From the NCBI GenBank assembly GCA_044352465.1, contig JBILDU010000101.1, positions 1 through 10,458 on the forward strand: a stretch of DNA of 10,458 nucleotides, read 5' to 3'. The translations under genes and the position numbers were made by a program. Origin of the DNA: Bdellovibrionota bacterium (GTDB lineage Bacteria; Bdellovibrionota_C; UBA2361). Positions 1 through 8,617 of the stretch are shown in pieces (the first letter of the stretch is position 1; each line of letters begins with the position of its first letter). The notes under the pieces are model-generated. The model ran no database searches, was not told the origin of the DNA, and was given only the letters and a program-made list of their open reading frames with translations.

Positions 1-1
1 G

Positions 2-2263
2 CTGCACCACCGCATACCTCCGGAACGAATCCTGGCCGTTACCTTTACAAATAAGGCGACCGAGGAGATGCGCGCGAGGTTGCACAAACTCCTTGGTGAC
101 GCCGCCCAAAGGCTATGGGTAGCAACCTTCCACTCCGCGGCGCTCCGCATCCTGCGCCGCCAAGCGCCACACCTCGGGTACACCAACGATTTCGTTGTCT
201 ACGATGAACAAGACAGCAGGTCGCTGCTTAAATCGATCGTCAAAGAGCTGAACATCGACGAGAAGCGATTCCCCGTGCAAATGTTTAGTCGCTCAATCGA
301 TCAAGCAAAAAATAAACTCATCTCCCCGGCTGAGATGCTTGAGAAGGGTGACAACTATGAGGGAAGACTCCAAGGCGAAGTCTACGACCGGTATCAGCGG
401 GAGCTCCTCAAAGCGAACGCAATGGATTTCGGGGATCTTCTCTTCAACGTCGTTATCTTATTCCAACGTTTCCCCGAAATCCTGGCGCTCTATCAAAATG
501 CCCTCCAGTTCGTACTTGTTGACGAATTTCAAGACACGAACAAAGTCCAATACACGTTCCTTGAAGCGCTGACCCGAACTCGCCGAAACCTGCTAGTCGT
601 CGGTGACGAGGATCAATCGATCTACGCTTTTCGAGGGGCGACGATTCGCAATATCTTGGAATTTGAAAAGGACTTCAAAGACTCCGTTGTCGTCAAACTG
701 GAACAGAATTACCGCTCAACGGGAACGATCTTAGAGGTCGCCCAAGCGGTGATCGAGAACAATAAGGCTCGCAAAGGTAAAAAGCTCTGGACCGAAGGGG
801 AGAAGGGGGAGCCGCTCACCGGATATCTGGGTGACGACGAGTCAGACGAGGCCCAATTCGTCGCTTTTGAAATTTCGAAACTTCAAAAAAAAGGGATCTC
901 TCTCGAAGATATTGCGATTTTTTACCGCACCAACGCTCAGTCTCGCGCGCTGGAGGAGGCGCTCATGAACCTGAAGATTCCGTACCGGATCTTCGGGGGG
1001 CTTAAATTTTATGAGCGCAAGGAGATTAAGGACATCGTCGCGTATCTCCGTCTCATCGTGAACGAATCGGACGTACAAGCGTTCCTCCGAGTGGTGAATA
1101 CCCCGCCACGGGGAATCGGGGCTCAAACGATTCAAAACATCTCTAACCTCGCCCGTGAGCGCGGCCTCACTCTTTCCGGTGCCGCCGAACTCATGGCTGA
1201 AAAGAGCAAAGGCGTCGCCCAATTCGTAGAGCTCATCCGAACTTTCCGCTCTGAGTCGATAACTTTGCCGCTTGGGGAGTTGATTCGCTCGGTTCTCGAG
1301 AAGACCGAGTACTGGCAGCGCTTAAAGCTCCTCAAAGATCCCTCGACGGAATCCCGACTGGAAAACCTCCGCGAGCTTGAGGCTATCGGGACGGTAGAGT
1401 CCGGAAAAGGCGAGACTCCAGCCGAATCGCTCCGCCTCTTCCTCGATCGGATCTCACTCACTTCGGGCGGCGACCTCCCTGAGGAAGCTGCGCGTGAGGC
1501 CGCTGGCGAAGAGGTCGCGAAGATTCCGATGGTCTCCCTCATGACACTCCACCTCGCTAAGGGACTCGAGTTTCCGTACGTCTTCTTTACCGGGCTCGAA
1601 GAAGGGCTCCTCCCACACTATCGCTCGATCGATGTCCCAAACGAGGTCGAGGAGGAGCGGCGTCTTTGTTACGTCGGTATTACTCGAGCGATGAAAAAAC
1701 TTTATGTTACCCGGGCAACCCAACGGGGAATGTTCTCGGCCGGGGAGGGGTTCGGTCTGGGGGGACTCTATCGACAACCGAGTCGCTTTATTAAAGAGAT
1801 GCCCACCGAACTTATTGAGAGCCGCGGACACGGCGACTTTATCGGGGGCCTGACCTCGGCCCGCCATCGCAGCGACGACGATTTTTTCCTCGATGAATCG
1901 AGCCCACGGCTCTCCGCCCAACGTGCGTCAACCGCGGAAAGGCGGTCGTTCGCCCCACGGCAACGCGAGAGCGTGAAGGGATTCCGCGGGGCTCCGCTCA
2001 GTCTCGTCATGACCGCGGACTCCCTCGTTACTAAGAAAACCCCGGAGGTCGACCGGACGAAGGATCTTCGCGCAGCGAACCCAAGCGAACTCTCCTGTGG
2101 ACTCCGCATCGTCCATCCAAAGTTCGGTCGGGGAATCATCGAGCAGATTGAGGGCGACCTAGAGGGAGACGGAGATAACGTCAAGCTGACCGTCAAATTC
2201 GACGAGTTCCCCCAAACAAAGCGTCTTCTCTTTAAGCAGGCGCGGCTCGCGCACGAACGATAG
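2..2263 (+). CDS. uvrD: UvrD/PcrA-family SF1A ATP-dependent DNA helicase (5' end outside window)
   Basis: The frame is open upstream of the ATG at 68 and reads LHHRIPPERILAVTFTNKATEEM (motif Ia), so the true start is outside the window. Other motifs: TFHS, VLVDEFQDTN (Walker B), VGDEDQSIYAFRGA, LEQNYRST, MTLHLAKGLEF, EEERRLCYVGITRA. The C-terminal Tudor-like tail GLRIVHPKFGRG is typical of UvrD/PcrA. Confidence 0.95.
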   Translation: MHHRIPPERILAVTFTNKATEEMRARLHKLLGDAAQRLWVATFHSAALRILRRQAPHLGYTNDFVVYDEQDSRSLLKSIVKELNIDEKRFPVQMFSRSIDQAKNKLISPAEMLEKGDNYEGRLQGEVYDRYQRELLKANAMDFGDLLFNVVILFQRFPEILALYQNALQFVLVDEFQDTNKVQYTFLEALTRTRRNLLVVGDEDQSIYAFRGATIRNILEFEKDFKDSVVVKLEQNYRSTGTILEVAQAVIENNKARKGKKLWTEGEKGEPLTGYLGDDESDEAQFVAFEISKLQKKGISLEDIAIFYRTNAQSRALEEALMNLKIPYRIFGGLKFYERKEIKDIVAYLRLIVNESDVQAFLRVVNTPPRGIGAQTIQNISNLARERGLTLSGAAELMAEKSKGVAQFVELIRTFRSESITLPLGELIRSVLEKTEYWQRLKLLKDPSTESRLENLRELEAIGTVESGKGETPAESLRLFLDRISLTSGGDLPEEAAREAAGEEVAKIPMVSLMTLHLAKGLEFPYVFFTGLEEGLLPHYRSIDVPNEVEEERRLCYVGITRAMKKLYVTRATQRGMFSAGEGFGLGGLYRQPSRFIKEMPTELIESRGHGDFIGGLTSARHRSDDDFFLDESSPRLSAQRASTAERRSFAPRQRESVKGFRGAPLSLVMTADSLVTKKTPEVDRTKDLRAANPSELSCGLRIVHPKFGRGIIEQIEGDLEGDGDNVKLTVKFDEFPQTKRLLFKQARLAHER

Positions 2264-2409
2264 AAGAAGTGGATTTTAAGTTGGGCTCCGGGGCACGTCG
2301 GTCCACTCGGTCTAAGCTGCGGAAGCCCTGAGAACCCGGGCGCCCCTTCCGGTCCGGCGCGGAGCATTAAGCACCACCGGTGAAGAGATTACCGCCTTAG
2401 AACAAGCGC

Positions 2410-2895
2410 TCACTCCTCCGGCAGCGACTCCCACCCCATCTCATCGGCAAGAGCCTCACGGAACCAGGTCTGCTGAGCGGTTATCAACTTGAAGTTGTAA
2501 TCGAGGTCTTCCACGGTAATGCCCGATGCGCCGAGCGTCGAACTCAAAACAAGATAATGGCCGACAAGGCTCACCTTAATTCCCACGAGGCCATCGGCTA
2601 TCTCGAGAGCCGCGGCGAGCATGTCGTGTCCACCTCTCACCGGGACGGTCGCAATATTTACCCCCATATAAATGGTGGTCTCAGCGGAAACCTTAAGACT
2701 CTCAGCCAAGATCTCGAGCTCCTCCTCTGCGCCTAGCTTCACCATCCAACGGGCGCTATCACCAGTTTTTTCGCGAGCACACTCATCGGGGTCGAACCCG
2801 CGCCGGACGATGAACTCCTCCACGAGACGGACCGGATCCTTCCCGCCCGTTATCTTTCGAATACTCATCGCCGCAAATTTCTTAACCCGTCCCAT
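2410..2895 (-). CDS. YbjN / CesT-type chaperone-fold protein (putative)
   Basis: 161-aa ORF directly downstream of rlmH on the same strand. The size, the beta-strand then helix pattern (WMVKLG..., VNIATVP...MLAAALEIADGLVGIKVSLVG...LSSTL...ITVEDLD) and the acidic tail resemble the YbjN/CesT superfamily. The family call is by eye. Confidence 0.55.
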   Translation of the reverse strand: MGRVKKFAAMSIRKITGGKDPVRLVEEFIVRRGFDPDECAREKTGDSARWMVKLGAEEELEILAESLKVSAETTIYMGVNIATVPVRGGHDMLAAALEIADGLVGIKVSLVGHYLVLSSTLGASGITVEDLDYNFKLITAQQTWFREALADEMGWESLPEE

Positions 2896-2927
2896 AAGCC
2901 TCAGTCCTTCGATCTACGTCATCACTA

Positions 2928-3389
2928 TCAGCGGTGATACGGCACACCTTTGATTATCGTCATCGCTCGATAGATCTGCTCTACCAAAATTAATCGCGTC
3001 ATCTGATAGGTAAAAGTTAAACTTGAAAGAGATACGACCCGATGGGCGCGCTTTAAAACCTCGGGAGCCCACCCGTGAAACCCACCTATCGCAAAGATAA
3101 AAGAGGATCGTCCCCGGGTCATCTCCGTTTGAAATAGGTGGGCGAATTCCGGTGATGACATCGACTTGCCCTTCTCATCGAGGACGATAAAGAGGTCGTT
3201 GGGTTTTACCTTCGAAATCACCGCCTCCCCCTCACGTACCTTCGCTTGCGCTTCAGGAAGATCGGTCGCTGCTTCGACCTCAATGAGCTCGATCCGGGTG
3301 TCCCCCTTAAGGCGCGGGATAAACTCCCCCTCACCATCAAGCACAAACCGCTGTTTTACTCTCCCGACCGAGATAATCTTTATCTGCAT
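2928..3389 (-). CDS. rlmH: 23S rRNA (pseudouridine1915-N3)-methyltransferase RlmH (SPOUT)
   Basis: 153 aa. N-terminal MQIKIISVGRVK, LDEKGKSMSSPEFA, FAIGGFHG and C-terminal SLSSLTFTYQMTRLILVEQIYRA...GVPYHR match the RlmH signature. Confidence 0.95.
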   Translation of the reverse strand: MQIKIISVGRVKQRFVLDGEGEFIPRLKGDTRIELIEVEAATDLPEAQAKVREGEAVISKVKPNDLFIVLDEKGKSMSSPEFAHLFQTEMTRGRSSFIFAIGGFHGWAPEVLKRAHRVVSLSSLTFTYQMTRLILVEQIYRAMTIIKGVPYHR

Positions 3390-3452
3390 CAGTCGAAAAA
3401 TAGCTGGATTCTACGGTAAAAACAAACAGTTAGGGGCGCTCAAAAAAATACT

Positions 3453-3479
3453 TAAGCGTTCGACTGAGTTAACCGACCA
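3453..3479 (+). promoter_or_regulatory. Possible sigma28 (FliA)-type promoter for flgM
   Basis: TAAG-N15-ACCGACCA versus the consensus TAAA-N15-GCCGATAA. Spacing is correct and it lies ~125 nt upstream of flgM, a typical sigma28 target. Confidence 0.45.
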
Positions 3480-3605
3480 CACCGAGGCAGAATGGATTCT
3501 CGTCGTTGGCCAAGGAAGGTCGCAGAAAGGAACCGATGGTTTCGTCTGGTGTTCGGAATAGTAGGTCCGTAACCACGAAATCCTCAGTCAAGGACGAGGT
3601 GAAAC

Positions 3606-3881
3606 ATGAACGTTGATAAACTAGCCCGCTTGTTTGCGGCGCAGGGTGGCTCTCTGCGCTCGCTCTCCGGGGTAAATTCCGAAGGGGTTGTAGGTGAACA
3701 AAAAGCCGCAGCGCAAAGCGCGGTCAAAGTTGCCAGCGATTTCGGAACGGCGACCAGCGAAGCTGACTTAAGCGCACGCCGGTCACGGGTCGAGGAGCTC
3801 AAGAAAGAGGTAGCTTCCGGCTCGTATAAACCGAATTCGGAGGAGGTTGCCAAAGCGGTTTACCGCGAACTTTTCCTCTAA
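3606..3881 (+). CDS. flgM: Anti-sigma28 factor FlgM
   Basis: 91 aa with a low-complexity N-terminus and C-terminal RRSRVEELKKEVASGSYKPNSEEVAKAV (FlgM motif). The SD-like GAGGTG lies just upstream of the ATG. Confidence 0.85.
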   Translation: MNVDKLARLFAAQGGSLRSLSGVNSEGVVGEQKAAAQSAVKVASDFGTATSEADLSARRSRVEELKKEVASGSYKPNSEEVAKAVYRELFL

Positions 3882-3892
3882 GGTTGTCTGCG

Positions 3893-3933
3893 AGAGCGGG
3901 GGTGGACTCCCAAACCACCCCCGCTCTTTTTTT
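3893..3933 (+). terminator. Rho-independent terminator after flgM
   Basis: 13-bp perfect stem AGAGCGGGGGTGG / CCACCCCCGCTCT with a 9-nt loop, followed by a T run. Confidence 0.9.
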
Positions 3934-4071
3934 ATCAGCGATTCCCTGAGCAGACTAATGCCATTATTTTCAATAGGTTGGCCCCGCTTTCCCCAGCTCC
4001 CGCCGTTAGCGTAAAGACGCCTCTGTTGCTATACTGTGCGACCGCTAGTCGTTGCTATCCGCTGGTTGCTC

Positions 4072-6696
4072 ATGAAATTCCGGTCGCTCCTCATCGTTCT
4101 CATCGTAGCGCTGTCTAACGCCACCCTTTGGATCGGCGCAAATCGGCCTATAAACCCCGATGCCTCCCGCTATCCCGTCATGGGGCTCTCGTACAATCCG
4201 TTTCAACGGGATCAAGACCCGCTTAAAGATTCAACGCTTCGCAAGGAAGCGATCGAACATGATTTCGAGATCCTTAAGCATAAGACCAAGTCGGTGCGTA
4301 TCTATAATTCGCTCGGCTTCGAGGATATTCCAGCGATAGCTCGCTCCAATGACCTCACCCTCGTCGCCTCGGCGTGGCTCGACTACGACTCTGCAAAGAA
4401 CAAACTGGAGGTCGAAGCTGCGATAAAACTCGCCGGTCGAAACCACGTCATCAAGCGACTCATCATCGGCAACGAAACGCAGCTCAAAAAGATAATCGCG
4501 CCGGAGGAATTACTCGTCTATCTGGACGAAGCCCGCAAACGGCTCCGCACGCCGGTCTCAACTGCAGAACCGTGGGACTTCTGGATCCTCAACCCCGAAT
4601 TCGCCGATAAAGTCGATTTCATCGCGATTCACATCCTGCCCTACTGGATGGAGATCCCGATCGATCAAGCGGTTGATTACGTTGTTGGGAAATATATCGC
4701 GGTCAAAGAGCGCTTTCCGAACAAGTTTGTCATGATCTCCGAGACCGGATGGCCGAGCGATGGCCCCCAACGTGGCGCAGCCGAAGCAACGCTAGCCAAT
4801 CAAGCGCGGTTTGTTCGCGAGTTCATCGCCCGAGCCGAGAAAGAACGCATCCCCTACAACATCATCGAAGCTTTCGACCAGCCGTGGAAAAGCTCGTTCG
4901 AAGGACGCGCCGGGGAGCATTTCGGTATCATGGACGCCGATCGTCAGGAGAAGTTCCCCCTCAGCGGAATCGTGCTTGAGGATCCCAACTGGGAGCTCTG
5001 GGCGATATCGTCGCTCGTCGTTGGAATGCTTTCAATGGGACTTTTCCTGGCGCGACGACCACAGCTGAAAATGCGTGGTAAGATCTTCTCGGCGATCGTT
5101 ATCCAAGCGGTCGTAAGCTCGGCCGTACAGCTCGCGCGTGAAGCTTCAGATCAATACATGTCCCCCGGAGATATCGCTTTTTGGACCGCGATGCTCCTCG
5201 CTCAATCTCTCCTCGCCGTTATCTTTCTCGCTGATGCGGCGGAGATCGCTGACGTGGTGGGCAAGCGTCCCTTGCGTCGAACGTTCCCCCCGGTAACGCG
5301 TCGGGATGATTCAATGTACCCGATGGTCTCGATTCACCTGGCGTGTTGCAAAGAGCCACCGGCGATGGTGATCCAAACGATCGAAAGCCTTGCTCGACTC
5401 GACTACCCCCGCTTTGAGGTTATCGTTGTCGACAACAATACCCCTGATGAGTCGCTGTGGCGCCCCGTAGAAAAGCGGTGCGCCGAACTGGGCTCCCGCT
5501 TTCGCTTCTTTTCACTTGGTAAATGGCCCGGCTTTAAATCTGGAGCTCTTAATTTTGCGCTTAAAAACACCGACCCTCGAGCCGAGGTAATCGGTGTCAT
5601 CGACGCCGACTATATCGTTGAGCCGAACTGGCTTGCCGGTACGATCCCTTATTTTGACGACCACACCGTAGCCGTGGTGCAAGCGCCGCAGGAGCACCGC
5701 TCGTTCGAGCAAAGCCTCTTCCAAATGATGGAAAACGATGAGTACAGCGGATTTTTTCGCATCGGCATGGTGCAACGCAACGAAGACAACGCCATCATCC
5801 AACACGGCACGATGACGTTAATCCGCCGTTCTGACATCGCTGCCCTCAACGGGTGGGCCGAATGGTGCATCTGCGAAGATGCTGAGCTGGGGTTACGCCT
5901 CCTTTGCGCCGGTAAAAAAACGGTATATATCGACCACGCGTTCGGTCGGGGTCTCGTACCGGATAGCTACACCGCATACTCAAAGCAACGCTTTCGGTGG
6001 GCGTACGGTGGTATGCGGATCATGCGACGGTATTGGCGCGAGCTTTTAGGTTTGAAGCGCGGGCTCACGTCGGCCCAGCGTTACCAGTTCATCAAAGGAT
6101 GGCTACCGTGGATCGGCGACGCCCTCCACCTTTTCTTCACCTTCAGTGCGCTGCTCTGGAGCGCCCATCTGATGATCGATCCTCTCAATACCGACTTCCC
6201 TGAGCCGATCTTCATCTACCCAGCGCTGGCACTGGTGGCGCTGCGAATTTTCGGCACCGCCTGGACCTACGCAACCCGAGTGAGGATCGGTTCGCACCGA
6301 ACGCTGCTCGCGATGATCGCCGGCGGATCGCTGACTCACACCGTTGGAAAAGCCGTCTTCCTCGGGCTCTTTACCTCGACCACGCCCTTTCACCGCACCC
6401 CGAAGATGGCCAATGCACCGCAGCTCATACAGAGCCTCCTCGGGGTCTACCAAGAGGCGGTGCTGACGCTCGCCTTGTGGGGATGTTCGGCAGGGATCCT
6501 TGCGGTCTTTGGTGTCGTCAACGACACCGCCGTTCTCTGGGCTATCGCACTAGCGATACAGTCTCTGCCGTACCTCGCGGCCATTACCGCCTCACTCGTG
6601 AGCGCCGTGCCGGGCCGCCCAAGACCAGAGACCCCCCCGCAGCGAGATATCCCCTCGGGGCCACAGGGCAGCCCGGAGGCGCGGATTGCGGCGTGA
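4072..6696 (+). CDS. ndvB: NdvB-like beta-(1,3)-glucan enzyme: periplasmic GH17 domain fused to a membrane GT2 glycosyltransferase
   Basis: ATG at 4072 gives MKFRSLLIVLIVAL (signal/TM); an alternative GTG lies at 4036. GH17 motifs: IIGNETQ, HILPYW, SETGWPSDG, EAFDQPWK. A TM block follows, then GT2 motifs VVDNNT, KSGALN, IDADY, QAPQ, CEDAELG, QRFRW, then C-terminal TMs. This architecture matches Pseudomonas-type NdvB. Confidence 0.8.
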   Translation: MKFRSLLIVLIVALSNATLWIGANRPINPDASRYPVMGLSYNPFQRDQDPLKDSTLRKEAIEHDFEILKHKTKSVRIYNSLGFEDIPAIARSNDLTLVASAWLDYDSAKNKLEVEAAIKLAGRNHVIKRLIIGNETQLKKIIAPEELLVYLDEARKRLRTPVSTAEPWDFWILNPEFADKVDFIAIHILPYWMEIPIDQAVDYVVGKYIAVKERFPNKFVMISETGWPSDGPQRGAAEATLANQARFVREFIARAEKERIPYNIIEAFDQPWKSSFEGRAGEHFGIMDADRQEKFPLSGIVLEDPNWELWAISSLVVGMLSMGLFLARRPQLKMRGKIFSAIVIQAVVSSAVQLAREASDQYMSPGDIAFWTAMLLAQSLLAVIFLADAAEIADVVGKRPLRRTFPPVTRRDDSMYPMVSIHLACCKEPPAMVIQTIESLARLDYPRFEVIVVDNNTPDESLWRPVEKRCAELGSRFRFFSLGKWPGFKSGALNFALKNTDPRAEVIGVIDADYIVEPNWLAGTIPYFDDHTVAVVQAPQEHRSFEQSLFQMMENDEYSGFFRIGMVQRNEDNAIIQHGTMTLIRRSDIAALNGWAEWCICEDAELGLRLLCAGKKTVYIDHAFGRGLVPDSYTAYSKQRFRWAYGGMRIMRRYWRELLGLKRGLTSAQRYQFIKGWLPWIGDALHLFFTFSALLWSAHLMIDPLNTDFPEPIFIYPALALVALRIFGTAWTYATRVRIGSHRTLLAMIAGGSLTHTVGKAVFLGLFTSTTPFHRTPKMANAPQLIQSLLGVYQEAVLTLALWGCSAGILAVFGVVNDTAVLWAIALAIQSLPYLAAITASLVSAVPGRPRPETPPQRDIPSGPQGSPEARIAA

Positions 6697-6774
6697 GAGG
6701 ATGCTCGAAAAACGGTACACAGCCCCCAAATGGGAGCTTTTGATCGGCTTGCCAAAGTTTATTTGTAACGTGAG

Positions 6775-7521
6775 GTGATGCGAGAAGTGAACACAGTGAA
6801 TCAATCAGCCGCTCGAGTTGATCATTCAAGGATGACAACAATTGACTCGATCGCGCAGCTCAATGATACAGACCGATCGATTGCTCAGGCCGGCAAGGAG
6901 GTAGTAACAGCGGCACAGTTCCTGATCCGCAAGGAACGCGAACATCGACACGTCGTCGGGATCGTTGGATTCACTGAGGAGTGGAGCGAGGAGAAGCTCG
7001 CCTCGAACCGCATCCTGAAAGAGCAGAATCGATTCGCGCGGGGAGAGCTTGAGGGGATCATTCGAGACCTGCAGGCCCAGCACGGGGAGAAACTACTCAT
7101 CTCGACCGAAGCCTTGATAGTTGGAATCGCCAAAATCGCGAACGAGATCTGCGAGGAGCTTGGCATCGAGATTGCCGCGGTCGGACCGCACGATGCAGCC
7201 GCTTCCCGCCACAGCCAACGACGCTACCTCATCGTCGAGTGCCCGAACGAAGCTCCGGAGCGCTCCTCATTTCTCGCCACTGCAGACACCGTTATCCTCC
7301 TTGGCGGGGACACGCAGGCAAAAAAAACAGCGATCCTCGCGGCCAACGCGGGGAAACCGGTCGTCGTCATTCAAGGATTCGGTGGGGCCGCGGACGAACT
7401 GCGCGGCAATATTATTAAGGCGCTCGAGCAACCCGACTCACTGGAGGCCCAAATCATAGAGGGGCGCATCAACGCCACCTTCATCGACTGCGGACGACCG
7501 ATAGTTCGCTCGAGAGACTGA
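6775..7521 (+). CDS. SLOG (Smf/DprA-LOG) superfamily nucleotide-binding protein, divergent
   Basis: Rossmann-like pattern VVGIVGF...LLIST...GIAKIANEICEELGIEIAAVG, then RSSFLATADTVILLGG and GKPVVVIQGFGGAADEL, as in SLOG domains. The start is uncertain (6775, 6778, 6787 or 6832). Confidence 0.6.
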   Translation: MMREVNTVNQSAARVDHSRMTTIDSIAQLNDTDRSIAQAGKEVVTAAQFLIRKEREHRHVVGIVGFTEEWSEEKLASNRILKEQNRFARGELEGIIRDLQAQHGEKLLISTEALIVGIAKIANEICEELGIEIAAVGPHDAAASRHSQRRYLIVECPNEAPERSSFLATADTVILLGGDTQAKKTAILAANAGKPVVVIQGFGGAADELRGNIIKALEQPDSLEAQIIEGRINATFIDCGRPIVRSRD

Positions 7522-7560
7522 CGCTAAAGCTCGTTTGAATATGGTGTGGACAGAAGGGGC

Positions 7561-7588
7561 CGCCCTGGAGTTCCGACTACTCAGGGCG
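7561..7588. terminator. Hairpin between convergent genes (possible terminator or stabiliser)
   Basis: CGCCCT(G)GAGT ... ACTCAGGGCG imperfect stem. There is no strong U-tract. Confidence 0.35.
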
Positions 7589-7710
7589 CTCTTCAGCGAA
7601 GTCAAAAGCCCCAATAATTCAACAAAGCTGAGTACACATTAAACCCAGAGCGAAAAAGTCTCGAAAGAAAAGGGGGGGAAGAGGTTAACCGAGGAAAAGA
7701 ACGTGCCTTT

Positions 7711-8373
7711 TTAGGCCTCCTTCAGGCCAATTATTCTCCATTGCCGCGCAGCAGTATCCAAAAATGACGGCCTCAAAAGAGCCATCTTATATCTACCAAC
7801 TCCTAGCTCCCCAAACTGCAGATAACCGTCTTTACATTGAGCAACAAAACCACAAAAGAGATCGGCTTGCTTCTCACCATTCGAACGAGCGAGAATGTTG
7901 TAAGCCACATGAGCAGTCACGGCATCGCTCATTGATATATTAGCCAGACCGTCATCCCTCCGTTGCCTGATCGAAAGCCTCTGCGACCCCTCAACGCAAC
8001 CATCGACACGGATAGTTGCAGAGCCTGCCCCAGGCTCCGTAAATTCCGGCTCTTTTCTCAAATACTTCAAAAGCTCCGGAAGAACCGTATTCCCCCCCGC
8101 AAATTTATTTGCCCGCTCAACGAAATCTCGCCGCGACATACCACCCAAAGATACTGAGATGACCCCCGGCTCTGGGGAATGAATGTCATGTTCCTGGACG
8201 AACACCTGTATAGCCGTAAGATCTTTCTGCGTTGCGCTGCTTAAGTCATTACCGCTAAATGCGGCGGCGTCCAAATCACCCTTATAGTAGTCGCCGGAGT
8301 AATTCCCACCGCCGCCCCCACTCGACCCCTCGAAATCGGAACTTCGCTTGGCATTATTTTGGAACATCGACAT
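7711..8373 (-). CDS. Hypothetical protein (220 aa), Gly/Ser-rich N-terminus
   Basis: Longest ORF in the interval. GGGAG SD lies 5 nt upstream of the ATG. No family recognised. Confidence 0.65.
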   Translation of the reverse strand: MSMFQNNAKRSSDFEGSSGGGGGNYSGDYYKGDLDAAAFSGNDLSSATQKDLTAIQVFVQEHDIHSPEPGVISVSLGGMSRRDFVERANKFAGGNTVLPELLKYLRKEPEFTEPGAGSATIRVDGCVEGSQRLSIRQRRDDGLANISMSDAVTAHVAYNILARSNGEKQADLFCGFVAQCKDGYLQFGELGVGRYKMALLRPSFLDTAARQWRIIGLKEA

Positions 8374-8617
8374 ACAAGCTCCCTATTGAATCGATTCCGA
8401 GCTGGCCAAAGGCCTACCAAAAACCCGGGGGCTTTCGATGATGCCTCTCCGAGCAACCCCTCTTTCACTAGGTTATGGCTCTAAGCGCAGCTGAGGACGC
8501 ATAAACAAATGCCCTGATTTCAAATAGATGCGCCGACGAACGTCTGCCAGCCCCGCTCGGTGACCTCATTGAATGGCTTTTACCACCACTCCGCGAGGCG
8601 ATATTTTCAGACAAAAC

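Noticed and set aside
68..70. ATG at 68 as the helicase start
   Set aside because: Motif Ia lies upstream in frame and Walker A is missing, so the gene starts before the window.
2340..2365. SRP RNA (ffs), suggested by minus-strand CCGGACCGGAAGG
   Set aside because: It lacks the conserved CAGG...GGAAG.AGCA internal-loop motif and the long enclosing stem.
339..2367. Alternative-frame and antisense ORFs inside the helicase (and likewise within rlmH, flgM, ndvB, the SLOG-like gene and tadA)
   Set aside because: They are shadow ORFs of well-supported genes with no recognisable motifs.
2896..2945. rlmH 3' end as an SCC-type attB insertion site
   Set aside because: There is no recombinase or duplicated att sequence, and the next gene follows after 32 bp like an operon partner.
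6775..8617. Integrated genomic island or prophage at tRNA-Ser(GGA)
   Set aside because: There is no integrase, and I saw no distal att copy of the tRNA 3' end beyond the tandem array.
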